Origin: the human T2T-CHM13v2.0 reference genome, Homo sapiens
Reading direction: 5' to 3' (one strand)
DNA length: 64,000 nucleotides
NCBI RefSeq assembly: GCF_009914755.1
Contig: NC_060935.1
Shown here: positions 37,396 through 59,815 of the stretch, one piece after another
How the letters are laid out: each line of letters opens with the position of its first letter
How positions within the stretch are numbered: the first letter of the stretch is position 1
Made by a program: the position numbers and the translations under genes
The notes under the pieces: generated by a model
The model's input: the letters and a program-made list of their open reading frames with translations, nothing else
Database searches by the model: none
What the model was told of the DNA's origin: nothing

Positions 37396-39954
37396 GCTCA
37401 GAAACCCCAGTCTGGTGCCCCTGGGAACACAAACCAGATGTGATCACCAGCTGTATCATCTCTGATTCTCCCCACCACCCTGCCATGTGGGATTTACTGT
37501 TCTTACTTTAAGGAGAGAGAAAAAGAGGCTCGCAGAGAATAAATCACCTATCAAAAGGTGGGGGTCCTCAAATAGAGTTTGAAATCCAGTTCTTATTGAT
37601 TCTGAAGTCTGACCTCACTCTGCTGCCACACAAGTTCTGTACGGACATGGGAGTAACTTATGATCAAAACACCCTCACTCATCCAGCCAGGGCTGTGGAC
37701 CCGATGATTACTCTATCCTGGGCCTGACATTTTCTCTCAGGTGGAGGAATTCAGATCCACAAAGAGGTGGTTGTGACACCCTCATGACTAGGACTGATCA
37801 TCCATGGACAGGAAAGAAGACCATGCATTATGAACCAGAGGAAAATGTGACTTTCACTAGGATACGTGTGGAAATGGCTGGGCCTGGTGGGTGAGAAATA
37901 ACTCAGTGTGTCAGTCATTGCAGACAGGAACACATTTTACATTTTATACTTCCAGTGCCTATTTCCATGAGCAGCATACTGTGCTCTTCATAAATATTCA
38001 TTCAATGAATGAATGCATGCATGAGGAGCCTAATGGTACTGGTAGATTTTGGTGAAATGGAAAATAAAAATGAAAGCACTATGTACATCATTAGAACACA
38101 TAAGTGTAATTAGATGAAGAAAATTTCATCCATCAGAATTCTATTTGTGGACAGCTCTATCTGTGTTGAGAAGAATTATTGATGAGTGCCCAAAACCTGA
38201 AATTGTCCACTGATGTGCCTTTAAAATGAGGACTTGATGTGGTTATGCTGAACACCTAGAAGCATTTTGTATACAATGTTTGTGTAGGGTGTGGGTCTGA
38301 GCTGAATTGCTCAGCCATATAGCAGAGGAAAGAGTAAGTGAGGGCGAGGTCTGAGTGCCACTGAAAAAGGTAATTGAAGTGTTGGAATATCTATGGGGGA
38401 GTGTTAAGTGTTCTGCTGGGTATATACAATGTAAACCAATTTCATTTTTTCTTTCAGGAGATCTTTGTTAGCATTTCTTTGTTGCTGTAAACATTTGTAT
38501 GAGAGAAGTCCATGATGGGAAATAGGAGATGTTAGGGCTTGGAGTATAGAGAGATGTTCATGCAGATTTCAACTGGAGAATGAGGATTAGGTCTAATCTG
38601 GGAGAATAACAGCTGCTGATTGAGAGTTTTAAGGTATTGTCTCTTTTAATCATCTGAAGAGCCTAGGAGGTAAGAATGAGTATTATTCCCATATGGCAGA
38701 TAATGCATTGGAACACACAAAAAAAGTGAACTATTCATTCTGGGACTCATATAGTGTGAATTTGAGCCCAGTAGGGCTGACTCACGATCCAGTCTTGGAG
38801 CAGCCCTTTAGACCCGCACCACTCTGTCAATTATACATGTTAGAGGGGGGTAAAGCAGAGGAGGGATTCTCAAGTTAAATCCAAGTTGGCAGGTAAAATT
38901 GTGGGTTGAAAAAAAAACTAACCTAAACAAATTTCAGATAGAGAAAGAGAAGCAAATCAAAAAGGGAACAAAATAGAGGAGAGTGAAAGCCATTTAGGAA
39001 CAAATTCAGGAGCTCCTTTTTGCTATCAGAGGCCACCTTTGCTCTGGAATCCCGAGAATGCACATGGGCAGGAGCTCTCCAGGTGGAAAGAAGATGCATC
39101 CTCCTCTGGGAGTATAGAGGAGCATCTGGAGTGAGTGCATCCATCATGAGCTCTCTTAAAGAGACAAGCTGCCACAGCTCTGATTGGCCCGAAAAGGAAA
39201 TGGGAGGAAAAGGAGAACCTCTGTTATCCACACTCAGAGCACTAAATACTTTGTCCATTTATATTTAGGGTAATGGTGTACTTGTCTTCCTCATGAAACC
39301 TGAAGCTTCATAACAACTAAGTCATGACTGTCTTTTTCACTGTGGTATGACCAACATTTGGCATGTGTTCCTTAAAGATCATCTATGGTATTATTTTCTT
39401 ATAACGTAAGATGAAGCCAAGACCTAGAGAATTAAAGCGTTTTCCTGAGATCACAACACAAACAGCAGGTCCAGTACCAGTCCCTGGTTCCTGGAGCCCT
39501 CATGAGACTTCTCTGCCCCATCATTCATTATTTCAGAGGAGTTCCTGATAAACCTTGATGGGAGCACAGAATCAGAGACAGTCAGAGGCAGAGAAGACTG
39601 CTATGTTGCCCTAATATTCATTTTCCTCTTTGGTCACATAACAATTCTCAGAGTTTAAAAGCAGCACAAGGACCCACATTCCAGTTTTCCTTGATGCAGG
39701 GAGCCATCATATGACCAGGTGCTGTTCAATGAAAGATGCACAAAAGTGATATAAGCAAGTCCTGGCTCAGAGGATCAATCAAAGAAGCAAAGCCTCTCCT
39801 TTTCTTCATTTTTTCCTATCATGCTGGAATGCTAGTGTGGCTGGAAACCATGTAAGATCACAAGGATGAGTGCAACTCTCTAGGGACTGCAGAGTAGTAA
39901 TTTTCGGAATTCTGATATACAATACCTTGGAGCATCCAGCACAGATCTCAAAGA

Positions 39955-40303
39955 TAGTCATTTCTGGGTATTCACAGAGGCTTGTATCTGGAACCACAGC
40001 ACACACCAAAATCTGCAGACGCTCAATTTCCTTATATAAAATGAGGTGATATTTGTACAAAACCTGTGCACTTTCTCCCAGACACATTAAATCATTTTTA
40101 AGTTACTTAGAATAACTGGCAAAATGCAAATGCCATGAAAATTCTTGTTTTACTGTATTTTTTGGAAGTAATGACAAGGAAAAACAAGTTTCTGCCTGTT
40201 CAGTACATACACAACTCCGCCATACCATTATTTTTAAAATAGTTTTCACCTGTGGTTTGTTGAATCTGCAGATTGAGGACCTAGCGACCCAGAGGCACAA
40301 CTG
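39955..40303 (+). mobile_element. MER2 (unit B paralog)
   Basis: Same position and sequence as 16008-16358; ends actg|ta. Confidence 0.8.
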
Positions 40304-40777
40304 TACTTTCTTGTTTAAGATATTTCTACTTTGTGTATTTGTGAAAGTAGCCAAACTTATACTCTTAACAAAAGAAATATGTTCTGTCTTTAACATTATA
40401 ATTTATTTTCTATGCATTTTTGATGAATGCAAACATTTCTGCATAGAAGTGACAGTAGAGAACGACATGCCAAATGTTAAAGTAGTCTGATAGAGCTGAA
40501 ATGAGACAGGTATCAATCACCTTTAGACAGAGGAAGCCCCAGGAATTAGGAGGATATAAGAAGGAGAGAAGGATAGTCCCATTTGCTATGACGATTTGCT
40601 TTCCACTCTTCTTTATCTTGTTTGACATCCCAAGAGAGTGGCTTCTATGTACCACATCAGTGGGAATCTTTTTTAATTCCAGTTTCTGGTGGAATTGTGA
40701 CACTGGGACACACCAGCAGGAGACTGGAAGACAGCAGGAGAGCACTTTGGGATTTCCACCTCCTGGCTCTCTGCCTG

Positions 40778-41196
40778 TGTATTAGTTCATTCTCAAATTG
40801 CTATAAAGAAATACCTGAGACCGGGAGATTTGTGAAGAAAACAGGTTTAATTGGCTCATGGCTCTGAAGGCTATACAGGAAGCATAGCAGCTTCTGCTTC
40901 TGGGGAGGCTTCAGGAAGCTTCCAATCCTGGTGAAAGGCAAAGGGGGAGTGAGGCATCTCACACGGTGAGAGCAAGAGTAAGAGAGAGAGGGAGGACGTG
41001 CTACACGCTTTTAAATAACTAGATTTCATGAGAACTCACTCGCTATCACTACAGCAATACCAAAGGGGGATGGTGTTAAGCCATTCATGAGAAACCATCC
41101 CCACCATCTAATCACCACCCACCAGGCCCTCCTTCCAACACCGGGAATTACAATCAACATGAGATTTGGGTGGGGACACAGATCCAAAGCATATCA
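40778..41196 (-). mobile_element. MaLR solo LTR, MSTA-like
   Basis: tgtattagt...gagatttgggtggggacacagatccaaagcatatca. 5-bp TSD gcctg (40773-40777 / 41197-41201). Empty site in unit A at ~16828. Confidence 0.9.
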
Positions 41197-42177
41197 GCCT
41201 GTGTGGCTGTGTGTTGGTCGTGCAAGGCTTCTCTACCTGCCTGCTCATGCTCTCCCACCCTTATGGCTACAGCTATGGCTATGGTGTCAATGGTAACTGC
41301 TCCTTCCCTCTCCCTTTCAGCCTAAGGGAGGAAGTAGTGCTCCCTTAGGTATTGCTGCTTAGGGTGCTCATCCATGCATTGTCGCTATCCCTTAACACTG
41401 CACATCTTTGTAAATACTTCCCTCATGAAACACTCCTCAGTCATTTCAGTTGGGACCTCCTGTTTCTTCCATGAACCTTTACAGACAGGCAAGGATGAAT
41501 AATTTAGAAAAGTAAGTAAAACAACAAAACTTGCTTCTACAGCAGTTCAACTCTGCGAAGCAATGCCTGCATGTCCTCTAACTCCTTAAATGAATGTGAG
41601 AGACAGCATTCTCTCCATGAGGACAGATTCAGTGATTGGAATAAAGGAGGTGATATGGGGAGATAAATCAGAAGTGGGGATCCCAGTTGAAGGTCAACAC
41701 ACTCTGAGTTGGCAGCACTCAGTTTCCAGAAGGAAACATCATGTCTCCTGTCTTTTCCTGAAACAAGCTCATGATCCCCTGCCTGTAGCACCTAGGTGGA
41801 AAAACAGAAACGATCTTATAGCAAAAACCATAACTGACTGTGGAAGAAGACAGTTCTTGGTACTTATTCTTCTCTTTTGTCCAGTGGTGAAGACTTCCCT
41901 TGTGCTAAAGCTGGAGGGCCTTTCTGGGATTCAGTGACTTCAGAGAACCCTTCTGTGTTGCTTAATTCAGGAGATGCCTACAGGAGCTGGAGTCAAAGCT
42001 GGTGAGCAATCCAGACTTATGAAGATGCAGGATTGCCTTGTTATTTCCTGTATAAGGACTATGGACAAATGAGCGGCCAGAGGTATTGAAGACACAAACC
42101 CTGAGATGATTCTTGGCCTCTGTCTCATATCCAGTACATATAAGCCTCTCCCATCACACTCCATCTTGTTCAACTTC

Positions 42178-43852
<1,675 letters not shown>

Positions 43853-44187
43853 ATATATGATAAAGTTTGTATATCAAAGTAGTGTGTAAAACAGGCACTA
43901 TTGAATGAATGGGATTGGGACAACTGAGTTTCTGTGTGAAATAAGTAAAGGTGGAAGCATACTTTACATATGATTTGAGGATAAATCCAAATACACTACT
44001 TAAAATTTTATAATGAAAATACAATTACCTGGAGGAGCCATAGCAAAATAGTTTTCAAATCGAAGTGGGAAATGACTTTCAATTATAGAATAGAAAACAG
44101 AAGATATTAAAGAAAATATTAGTAAAGACAAAAAGAATGCCAGCTGTGATTGCCCACTCATATATATTAATAAAGACAAAAAGAACA

Positions 44188-44531
44188 CCAGCTGTGATGG
44201 TCCACTAATATAATTCCAGCACTTTGGGAGGCCAAGGTGAGTGGATAACTTGAGCTCACGAGTTTGAGACCATCCTGGGCAACATGGTGAAAACCTGTCT
44301 CTACAAAAAATACAAAAATTAGCCAGGTGTGGTGGTGCATGTCTGTAGTCCCAGTTACTCGGGACATTGTGGTGGGAAGACGGCTTGAGCCCAGGCTGCG
44401 GAGGTTACAGTGAACCAACATCACAGCACTGCATTCCAGCCTGGGTGATAGAGCCAGACCTTGCCAAAAAGAAAAAAAAAAAAAAAAAAAAAAAAAAGGG
44501 AAAGAAAAGAAAAAGAAAAAAAAAAGAAAAA
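44188..44531 (+). mobile_element. AluJ with long A/G-rich tail
   Basis: ttgagctcacgagtttgagacc, ggcttgagcccagg and gagccagacctt. Absent at the paralogous site ~2550. Confidence 0.88.
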
Positions 44532-44582
44532 GCTATTTTTAGCGTGACATGAACCATCATAATCAAAATATAAATAAACTGT

Positions 44583-44860
44583 GGCTAGCCATGATGGCTC
44601 ACTCCTGTAATCCCAGCACTTTGGGAGGCTGAGGCAGGCAGATTACCTGAGGTCACGAGTATGAGATCAGCTAGTCTCTACTGAAAATACAAAAAGTAGT
44701 TGGGTGTGGTGGCACAGGCCTGTAATCCCAACTACTGGATAGGATGAGTAAGAGAATCTATTGAACCCAGTAGAGAAAAGTTGCAGTGAGCCAAGAATGC
44801 ACCTCTGCACTCCAGCCTGGGTGACGGAGACTCCGTCTCAAAAAATTAATTAATAAATAA
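44583..44860 (+). mobile_element. AluS with a small left-arm deletion
   Basis: cagattacctgaggtca; flanking direct repeat ataaataaactg. Absent at the paralogous site ~2600. Confidence 0.88.
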
Positions 44861-46793
44861 AATAAATAAACTGGGAGATATTTCGTAATGTATATTATAG
44901 CCAAAGTATAAATTTTCTCTACTGATACAAATTTTTCTAAAATGATATTAATAATTCAAAATTCAAAAAGCTAATAAGAAAATAACCTTAAGTTACGATT
45001 CACAACTTCTAGAAAATAAAAATGGCTCCTAAACATATGGAAAGAGGAGAAATGCAACTCTTAATAAAAGACATGCCAATTAAAATTACAGAGTTATATT
45101 TTACTTACCAAAATCTAAAAAACCATTAAGTTTTATAGCATACAACATGGGGATGGCGTGGGATCAGGCACCCTCACCCATTTCTGCTGAGGATGCAGTT
45201 GCTTAGAACTTACAGTGAAGGCAATTTTCAACTTATGTAAGCATGTATAAAGTATCATTCTTTTTTCTCTGTAATTACTCATCTAGGAATTTATCTTGGA
45301 GATGTATTTGTGCATGGCCAAAAGATCTATGTACTAAGTTAATAAATGCAGTGTTATTTACAGTAAAAGACTGGTAACAGCCAAAATGGCCATCAATACT
45401 GTATAAATTATGGTCTATCTGTGCAGTAGAATACTCTATAGCTACACAGAAAGAGCAACAAACCTAATATAAAAGGCCCTCCAGAATTTGTTAGATTTTT
45501 AAAAAAGAATGCAGACCAATGTATATATTGTATGACGAAGCTATATAGTTGCTTTATCACCAAATATTTGCAAATTAATGCAAAATTATTAATAAGTATA
45601 ATATGATATGTCTTTGTTAACAAGGCAAGGATGCCTGAGGATCTAAAATGGGAATGACAGTTTGCAGTGCATGTATTTAAAGATTATTTTTGAAAGTTCT
45701 GACTTTATTACTATGTCACAAATAAATTATCAAGCAAAAAAATAAATATAATGATCTAGCTAAGAGACAGAGATAGACACATGAGAAGATATGAGGAAGG
45801 GTGAGAATATGAAGATAATGAGTACAGAAAACTCTTTGGAAGATATATATACATGTATATTTTTCTAAAGGATTGTAGAGAAATCAGGCTGTGGATGGAG
45901 AGGAATGGGGGCTTGGTTGGTATTTTAGGCCAAGAATAGGATAGTGTGTTTCAATTGCAATGGAAGGATCCATGAGAGAAGGAAACATTGAAGATGCAGG
46001 AGAGAGAAGTAATAATGCTATAAAATGTTTCTCGGGAGGGAAAAGGGGAAACTGCACAAATTGAAAGGGTGGTTTCAAACAGGAATTTGCAGAGCCCATT
46101 TCCTGGCATGAGAGAAAATGCAGAGAGATGCGCTCAGAGGCACATGGGGAGGTAGGTTCCCTCTGGGGAGATTGAGTAATTCTCAGAGGAGCATCACCTG
46201 ACAGTGATTTAAAAAAAAATGAAGAGTAGGCGGTTTCAGGAGAGAGAAAATGTCGTGAAGATTTTCCTTTGGAGAGTGAGAGGCAATTATGGAAATGTTA
46301 CGTGAGTGTTCAGGAGATATAAATGGACCTTTCAGGTTCAAGGTTATAAATGTACAGTGAAACCGCTGGGCATGGTTGTGTGTTGTGCTGCAGCCACACT
46401 CTGTTCTATGGGAACAGGCATGGAGTTAGTGGAGAGCTGGATTCAAGCAGGGTAAAAGACGAACTGATACTTCAGCAAGGACATATATGCATGACAAATA
46501 AACACATAAAAAGATGCTCAACATCACTAATGTTTAGGACAACAAATAAAAGTCACGAGATACCACTCTACCCTCTCAATATGGCTAAAATATAAAATAC
46601 TGATAGTTTCAAATATTGGCTGAGATTTGAAGGAATTGGAGGTCTCATACACTGCCAATGAGAAAGTAAAATAGTAGAGCTACTCTGGGAAATCTTCTTG
46701 CATTTTCATATAATCCAGCAATCCAGCGTATCCTAGAACCTGGAAAATGTATCCTAGAAACTGGGAAACTGTGTTCACTTAAAAATCTGTACA

Positions 46794-53369
<6,576 letters not shown>

Positions 53370-56300
53370 AAAAGTCTGTACACATACGTGTATAGCTGCT
53401 TTATTTATAAATGCCACGTTAGAAAAAACAGCAATGTCTTTCCACTTGTGAATAGTGAAACAAAGCATAGTACATCCATACAATGGAACACTACTCAGTA
53501 GTATAAAAAAAAGTCAGCAATAAGCTATGGATACCTGCAAAAAGTTGGGTGGATCCTGAGGACATTATGCTGAATGAAAAAAGCCAAAGTCAAAAGATTA
53601 GATACTATATGATTCCATTTATATAACACTTTTGAAATGATGAAATTATAGAGATGAAGAATAGATCAATCACTAGAGGAATTTGGGAAGAAACATACTG
53701 TGGGTATGACAGTAGGAGGAGCCCAAGGGAAATCTTTGTGGTGAAGAAACACTTCTGTATGTAATGCGATTGTGGTTATGAATCTACACCTGTGACAAAA
53801 TGTTATGGAATGAAACATAGAGGAATATCTCACTCCAAAAATGAGTGCATGCAAACAGTGGTAAAATTTGGTAAGATGGTACCATAGATATTTGGTGAAA
53901 TTTGATAAGTTTTGTAGTGTAGATAATTAGATGGTATCAATGTCAATTTCCTGGTTTTGATAATACATTTATTTAACATGTAAATATTGCTGTAGATTGG
54001 GTGATGGGCATACAGGAACTCTTTGTACTGTTTTCATAACTTCTTCATAGTCTACAATTAATTTACAACGAAAACTTAAAAAACAAAGACCTGTTCGTTC
54101 TATGGACTTACCTCCATGGATATTGAAGTCACCAAGAATGAAGACATGGGGTTTGCTGGAAGGAAGTTTGTAAACCAGGCACATAGGCTAGAAGATAACA
54201 TAGTAAGCACTAACAGACACCTTCCACAAAATTAAGCACATATTAAATTTTTATCATATTTGTTTCCAATAACTCTTAAAATGAATACATACACTTTTAC
54301 AGACACAACTTAAGTCTGAATCATGCATCTCTACTCTCAGCAATAATTGTACATGTCTTTGATAAGAAGGCAAGTGTGCCTGCACACCTGGAGTGGGAAT
54401 AACAATTTTCTTCAGAATGTCTGCGGTTAATATGTATTATTCTCTCACATGTGTACCAGGATGTTAAAACAGGAGTATTAAACTCAATGTCAAGTCACTA
54501 CAGATATTACGTTACAAAGAGGTGCTAGGTGACACATAATTTTAATAGAAATTTTTGGGCATCCATATCAAAGCTATGCAGAGTTTGGGTCTGAATTTTT
54601 ATGTGACAGTTACAATGTTGGATTTCCAGAGAAGGGGCTGCATTCCATTGCTTTTCTCTTCTCCCTTAAACCCCAGACTTTTTCTTGTTTTTTTTTAATC
54701 GATGCCTTCTGACCCTGGAGGGCTAGACATATCACCGTGAGGAGGGTAAGGAGAGCAGGGCATTGCCTTTGTGATTTGTCCTGTTGGGCTGCCCTGCCTG
54801 GCCCTCTCTGGACTTTACATTAATATAGAGCTCACCCCTGTGAATATCACAAAACGAACACCAACCCCTATCACTTCAAGGCCACAAAAGTTAATGCTCA
54901 TTATTCCGAATACTCCAGTCTTGTGATTCTATTTAAGATGGATCTTGCCACCATGACCAAATACATGGGGTGACACAAGGAATAAAACACATGTATGAAT
55001 TATTCACCATTCCCCAAAAAACTCTATGCTTTTATTAACGGTGCCACTGTAAATTATCTCTCGTCCAATTTCCATCTGTCCAGATTCTATTTATCTCTCC
55101 TTGCCCAATACAAAAATTTAGGTGACTGGCAAAATTTACTAGGGTATAATTACAATAATAATGCTGGGTTAATTGTAGTCATCGGTTAAAATTCTACCTA
55201 TTACACGAAGTCTTCCATGATCCACTCACTTCTACATACACGCTCAGGAATGAGGTCTGCTCTGTCTCTGCCCTCCTTCCTTGTGTTTGCATCCTGCAAG
55301 GTTTCAGAACAATTGGACCAATATGATGGGCATGAGCATTGAGATTTCTTTTTTTATACTCTACTGTAACTGCTAGATAACAGCAAACAAATGCCATCTG
55401 TATCTATAGTGAGCATTGGTACATTGACAAAAATGGTGCCCAGCTGATACCACACCGTCATACAGAACAAGCATCAGAGCAGTCTCTTTGGATTCTAGGT
55501 CGCTTCCACATGGGTGAGAAGAACATATGCTTACTGTGATTATAGTCACTGTGTAGAGACGTAAATTTCTCAGGTGGTCTGGATCACAATACTATTTATC
55601 TTCAGTCCATGGTTATGGTAAAGTCACACTTTACCCACATATTCTGAAAAGAGATACCTGAGCACAAATGCACAAATGGCACAGTTTCAGACAGGGGCAA
55701 TCCCATAACCTCACTATCTGCTTGGCTTGCCTGGAATGAGCATGTGATCCATGTTGGCCATGCAGTCAGCTTGAGAATCCCAAATCCCTTAAACTAGGGG
55801 AGTGTTCTTCCCATTCTAGCACTTGCACATCCTACTTCCCTACATATCCTGGGATTTCCAGATGCTGAATTGGGTTTGCCTGGAGGCAAGGGCTTCTTCT
55901 GCTGGAACACAGGTAATGGTAGTAGGTAGTTCTGCAATGCCTGTTGCCTAAGCAACTGCAAGGCCTCTTGAAAATCTTTTCAGGAATTGTACATTGGTAT
56001 GATGTTAGATTATAGACCGAGGGCTGTTGTAAGATTCAGCCTATTCGTTTTGTGATGTCATTAATTACAAAACTGTTGCAGAGATTGTTGTCTTGCATGA
56101 GCAGTCACCTGGTGAATATTCTCTAATTTATTAAAATCGTGTTGTCCTGCTTCAGCTGGGTGCTTGGGTGTGACATTCATCTTCAGGATGGCAGCAAGAT
56201 AACTTGGGATTTATAGATACCCTCTCTTCTGAGCACCCTTGAGCCACAAACACAATGCTGGGATAGCATGTGTCACATTGGGAGGCAGTCTTTCCTGCAC

Positions 56301-59300
56301 TAGTGTCCTTCACAGGCTGTGTGCTCTGGGAATGTGGGTATGTTTACTTTGACTCCCAAGTGTCTGGCATGCAAGCCAGAGAGTAGAAGATGCTCAGTAT
56401 GTATTTAAACAATAAATAGTGGAATAAGTGGAGATATTGCTATGAAAAGCCCAGTCATAATATATTCAGGAATGGAAGTGGATAGGTTAATTGGAAATGT
56501 CTGTTAATCAGTATTTATAAAAAATGATACATTTGTAACATGAATATTTCATTTTTACCTGTAATTTGTTCAGTATAATAGAAATAGACTAAAGAACATT
56601 TCTTTGTGTAGGTTTCAGCAAATAGAATTCTACTCTGTCTTGCTGAAAGCATAGCTATCAATCATTCTCTGTGATTTGCAGTTTGGATTAGTTTAAGAGT
56701 AGAATTTAGCATCAGATGCATAGCATTCTGTCTAAAAATGTTGTTCAATATTTTTCATTTTTGTTTAATCTTGTAGAGTTGGAAGACTCACAGCTACTAA
56801 ACTAACAATTTTGGAACCTGCTTTTATTTTCCATTTAAGCATTCACATTAGCTTTATGGAAACCGCAATTCTTCTTTCATACTCTTGTTTCATTAACTTG
56901 TGCTGTATTTTGATAAATTAGGAAATTATATTGACAAGCCTAATTGGCAAAAGCAGGACGAGAAACAGATCCAACTGGTTCTTCTGAGGCTGATGACTCA
57001 GTGTCCTTGAGCCCAGGTGTACTACTAGAGCATCAGTGAATTGCCATGAAGGCTCAGCATTTGCTCGGAATCAATCAATATATTTTCTTCATGAAGGTGA
57101 AAGGTTTGGTTATAGACATAGAATATATTAGTGAGAGGCTTATTTGAAAGGCGTTTGCTTTTATGTAGAATTATCACAGTGCCTGATGAATTAGGTTTGA
57201 ATGTTTGTTGAATTCATGCCTAAAAAATAGTCATGAATGGCAGCTCCCAAAAGGTGCCGTGAGAGATTTTCATATCATTTCTTACTTTCTGGAGAACACT
57301 CCTGGATGTCCTGCATGCTCTTCCTTGACATGTACCTGAGAGGAAATGATATCATTGACCTTGGAAAGAAGGCAGCTCATGAGCAGACTCCCACATCCCC
57401 TCCATTCTTCTTCCCAGAGGCAGTGAGCAGACCTGCGATAAAAGGCAACAGCTGTTCTCAGAATGACCAACTGCAGAGGACACTCTGTTAAGTGGGAGGT
57501 GCTTATAGGAGTTCCAGTGAGACTTGGTGACTGAGCTAGCCTTTGCAAGATGCTGGACAACCCTGTGACTCCCAGGTGTGAGCTGCTTGAGAAAAATAGT
57601 TCTGAGCTTCTTCTAAATTCCACACCTAGTCTGTTGCACTAGAAATTCAAAGACATGTTCTCTGCTCTTAAAGAACTGAGGGTGTGGTAGAAGAGAAAGA
57701 GGTGAGGACAAATAATTCAATGAACTGTTATAAGTGCTGTAGTAGAGCAATGTGTGAGGTCAGGTGAGTTCAGAATGGGCTTCAGCGATATAATCTAAGC
57801 CTTCTCGAAGTTGAAGTTTTCTTCCGTCAAAAGAAAAGAAATGTCACTGACATCAAGATAAGCAGTTTCCCAGGTGAGGACAAACTTTATTTGATTCAAT
57901 TGCCAGGTGAAAATTTTCTACAGAATTCCTCATGATAGACATCATCTTTAGTCAAAACTGTACAATTGATATCACAGACTCCCAGAGTGGACTCTCCCAA
58001 TAACCCTCGGCCTGAACTGAAGACATCACATCAAAGCTCCTTGCCTGGAGCATTGGCTGCAAACACTGGCTTCCTGCTTCCTCCGACCTGTAGGAAACCC
58101 TCGCCAACAGCCATGTCCTACTACAGCATTTGGAAATTGAGGGTGGACAGATGGGATTCAGCATCAGCAGAGGGCTGGGCCTGGAAGAGCAATGGATCTG
58201 GAGGACTGAGGGGACCTGAGTTCAACATTGTGAACAGTGTTATAAGTGCCACCAATAAATTTGGTTGGACAAATTGAAAACTATATACCTCTTTATTGGT
58301 TTCACAGCTACTTTGTACAGTCTCCTGCATACTCAAATTGCAGTTGTCAGCTCCCCTCAGTGAGGGTTAATTGCTGTGATGTCACATTTTCTCTTGATAA
58401 TCTCTTCTGCCTGCTTGAGTTATCTGTGGAAATTATAACCACTGGTGGGGAATAGTCCTGAATTTTGTACTGATCCCATTTCTATAATTAACTGTTTTTA
58501 ATTGTGGTAAAATTTACATAACATACATTTTACAACTTTAACCATTTTAAGTGTACAATCAGTGTCAGTAAGTACATTCACAATAAGTTGTAACTGTTAC
58601 TACTGTCCCTTTTAAGAATTTTTCATTATTCCACACAGAAATTCTGTGCTCATTTAATAATGGCTACATATTCTCCCCATCATCTAGCACCAGGATCCTC
58701 CTAATTTAATTTCTGTGTTCACGAATTTCCTAGTTTGGATACCTGGTAGAATTTGAACTTACTGTTCTTTGGTATCTGGCTTATTTTCCTTAGCAGAATG
58801 TTTCCAGGTTCATCTATGTCAAGCATGTATCAGAATTCTATACCAACTGTAAGTTATTATCAAGATACCATAATTGACATTAGCATGGAAAAGTCAGATG
58901 TTATCAGTCTTGCCTCTCATGTTAATGGCCATTTAACTAACTGAAAGTTACAGCCAGAACAATTTGTACAAAACCTGGAAGTATGAAGAATTCTTCTACA
59001 ACTGAAAGAGTCTATAAGCAAATAATAAATGGTTTTCAAGATAATTTCCACTTTGAAACCAATATTGAGGTTTCCAATGGCCAAAATAGAACTGGGGCAC
59101 ATTTATGGGCTCCTCACTGGTCCATTAGTCCAGGAAGAGCTAAATAAGCACGTAAAAGTTCTCAAGGGGAAGGGGCCACAGTTGTCTTTACTAGAAACCA
59201 AGGCCAACATATCACCATGCTGTGAACAAATGACAGGGGAAGACTTTTTATAAAACCAATTGGTGAGAGTGTTTTTATGAAGAGAGAGTCTGTCTCTAAG

Positions 59301-59524
59301 GACATTATTTTGCTCTGTATCTGAGAATTCAATGGAATGTAGAGATAGCAGAACTCACTTATTAAGAATCGAGCTTCTAACTGCAGTAATGCCTCCAGTC
59401 ATAGAAGGGAACATGATTTTCAGGGGAACATAGTCTGAGAGATTAATAAGGAATCTTCCTTTTTGATGCTATCAGGTAGGAAAGAAGTATAAAGAGTGTT
59501 TTAGGGTTTTGTACAGGAACTCCT

Positions 59525-59530
59525 TTTATT
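59525..59530 (-). terminator. AATAAA polyadenylation signal of MRGPRX1
   Basis: tttatt on the plus strand, ~285 nt downstream of the stop codon; the first canonical hexamer I see 3' of the CDS. Confidence 0.7.
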
Positions 59531-59815
59531 ACAAAGAAAATTGCAGAAAAAGTGTTCTGTAGGAAAGATTCAGTGTGAGATAACAGGGAAAATGTGTTGG
59601 TAATATCAAGGAGAATCTAAACATTGTACTGTCAGACTAATGCTTTCCATGGGTGAAAACCGCAACTGTCAGGTTAGATAAACATCTATTTGAAGACCTT
59701 GAGGAACCACTGAGACATTTCTGAGGCAGAAGGCTAAGAAAAACGCATATAATTGTCAAGGGTGGCAGGGCAGTGTTGCTCTCAAAGTCCTGTCTGACAG
59801 GGCAGAGGCTCTTCC

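Noticed and set aside
44367-44552. Poly-lysine ORF
   Set aside because: It is a translation of an Alu A-rich tail.
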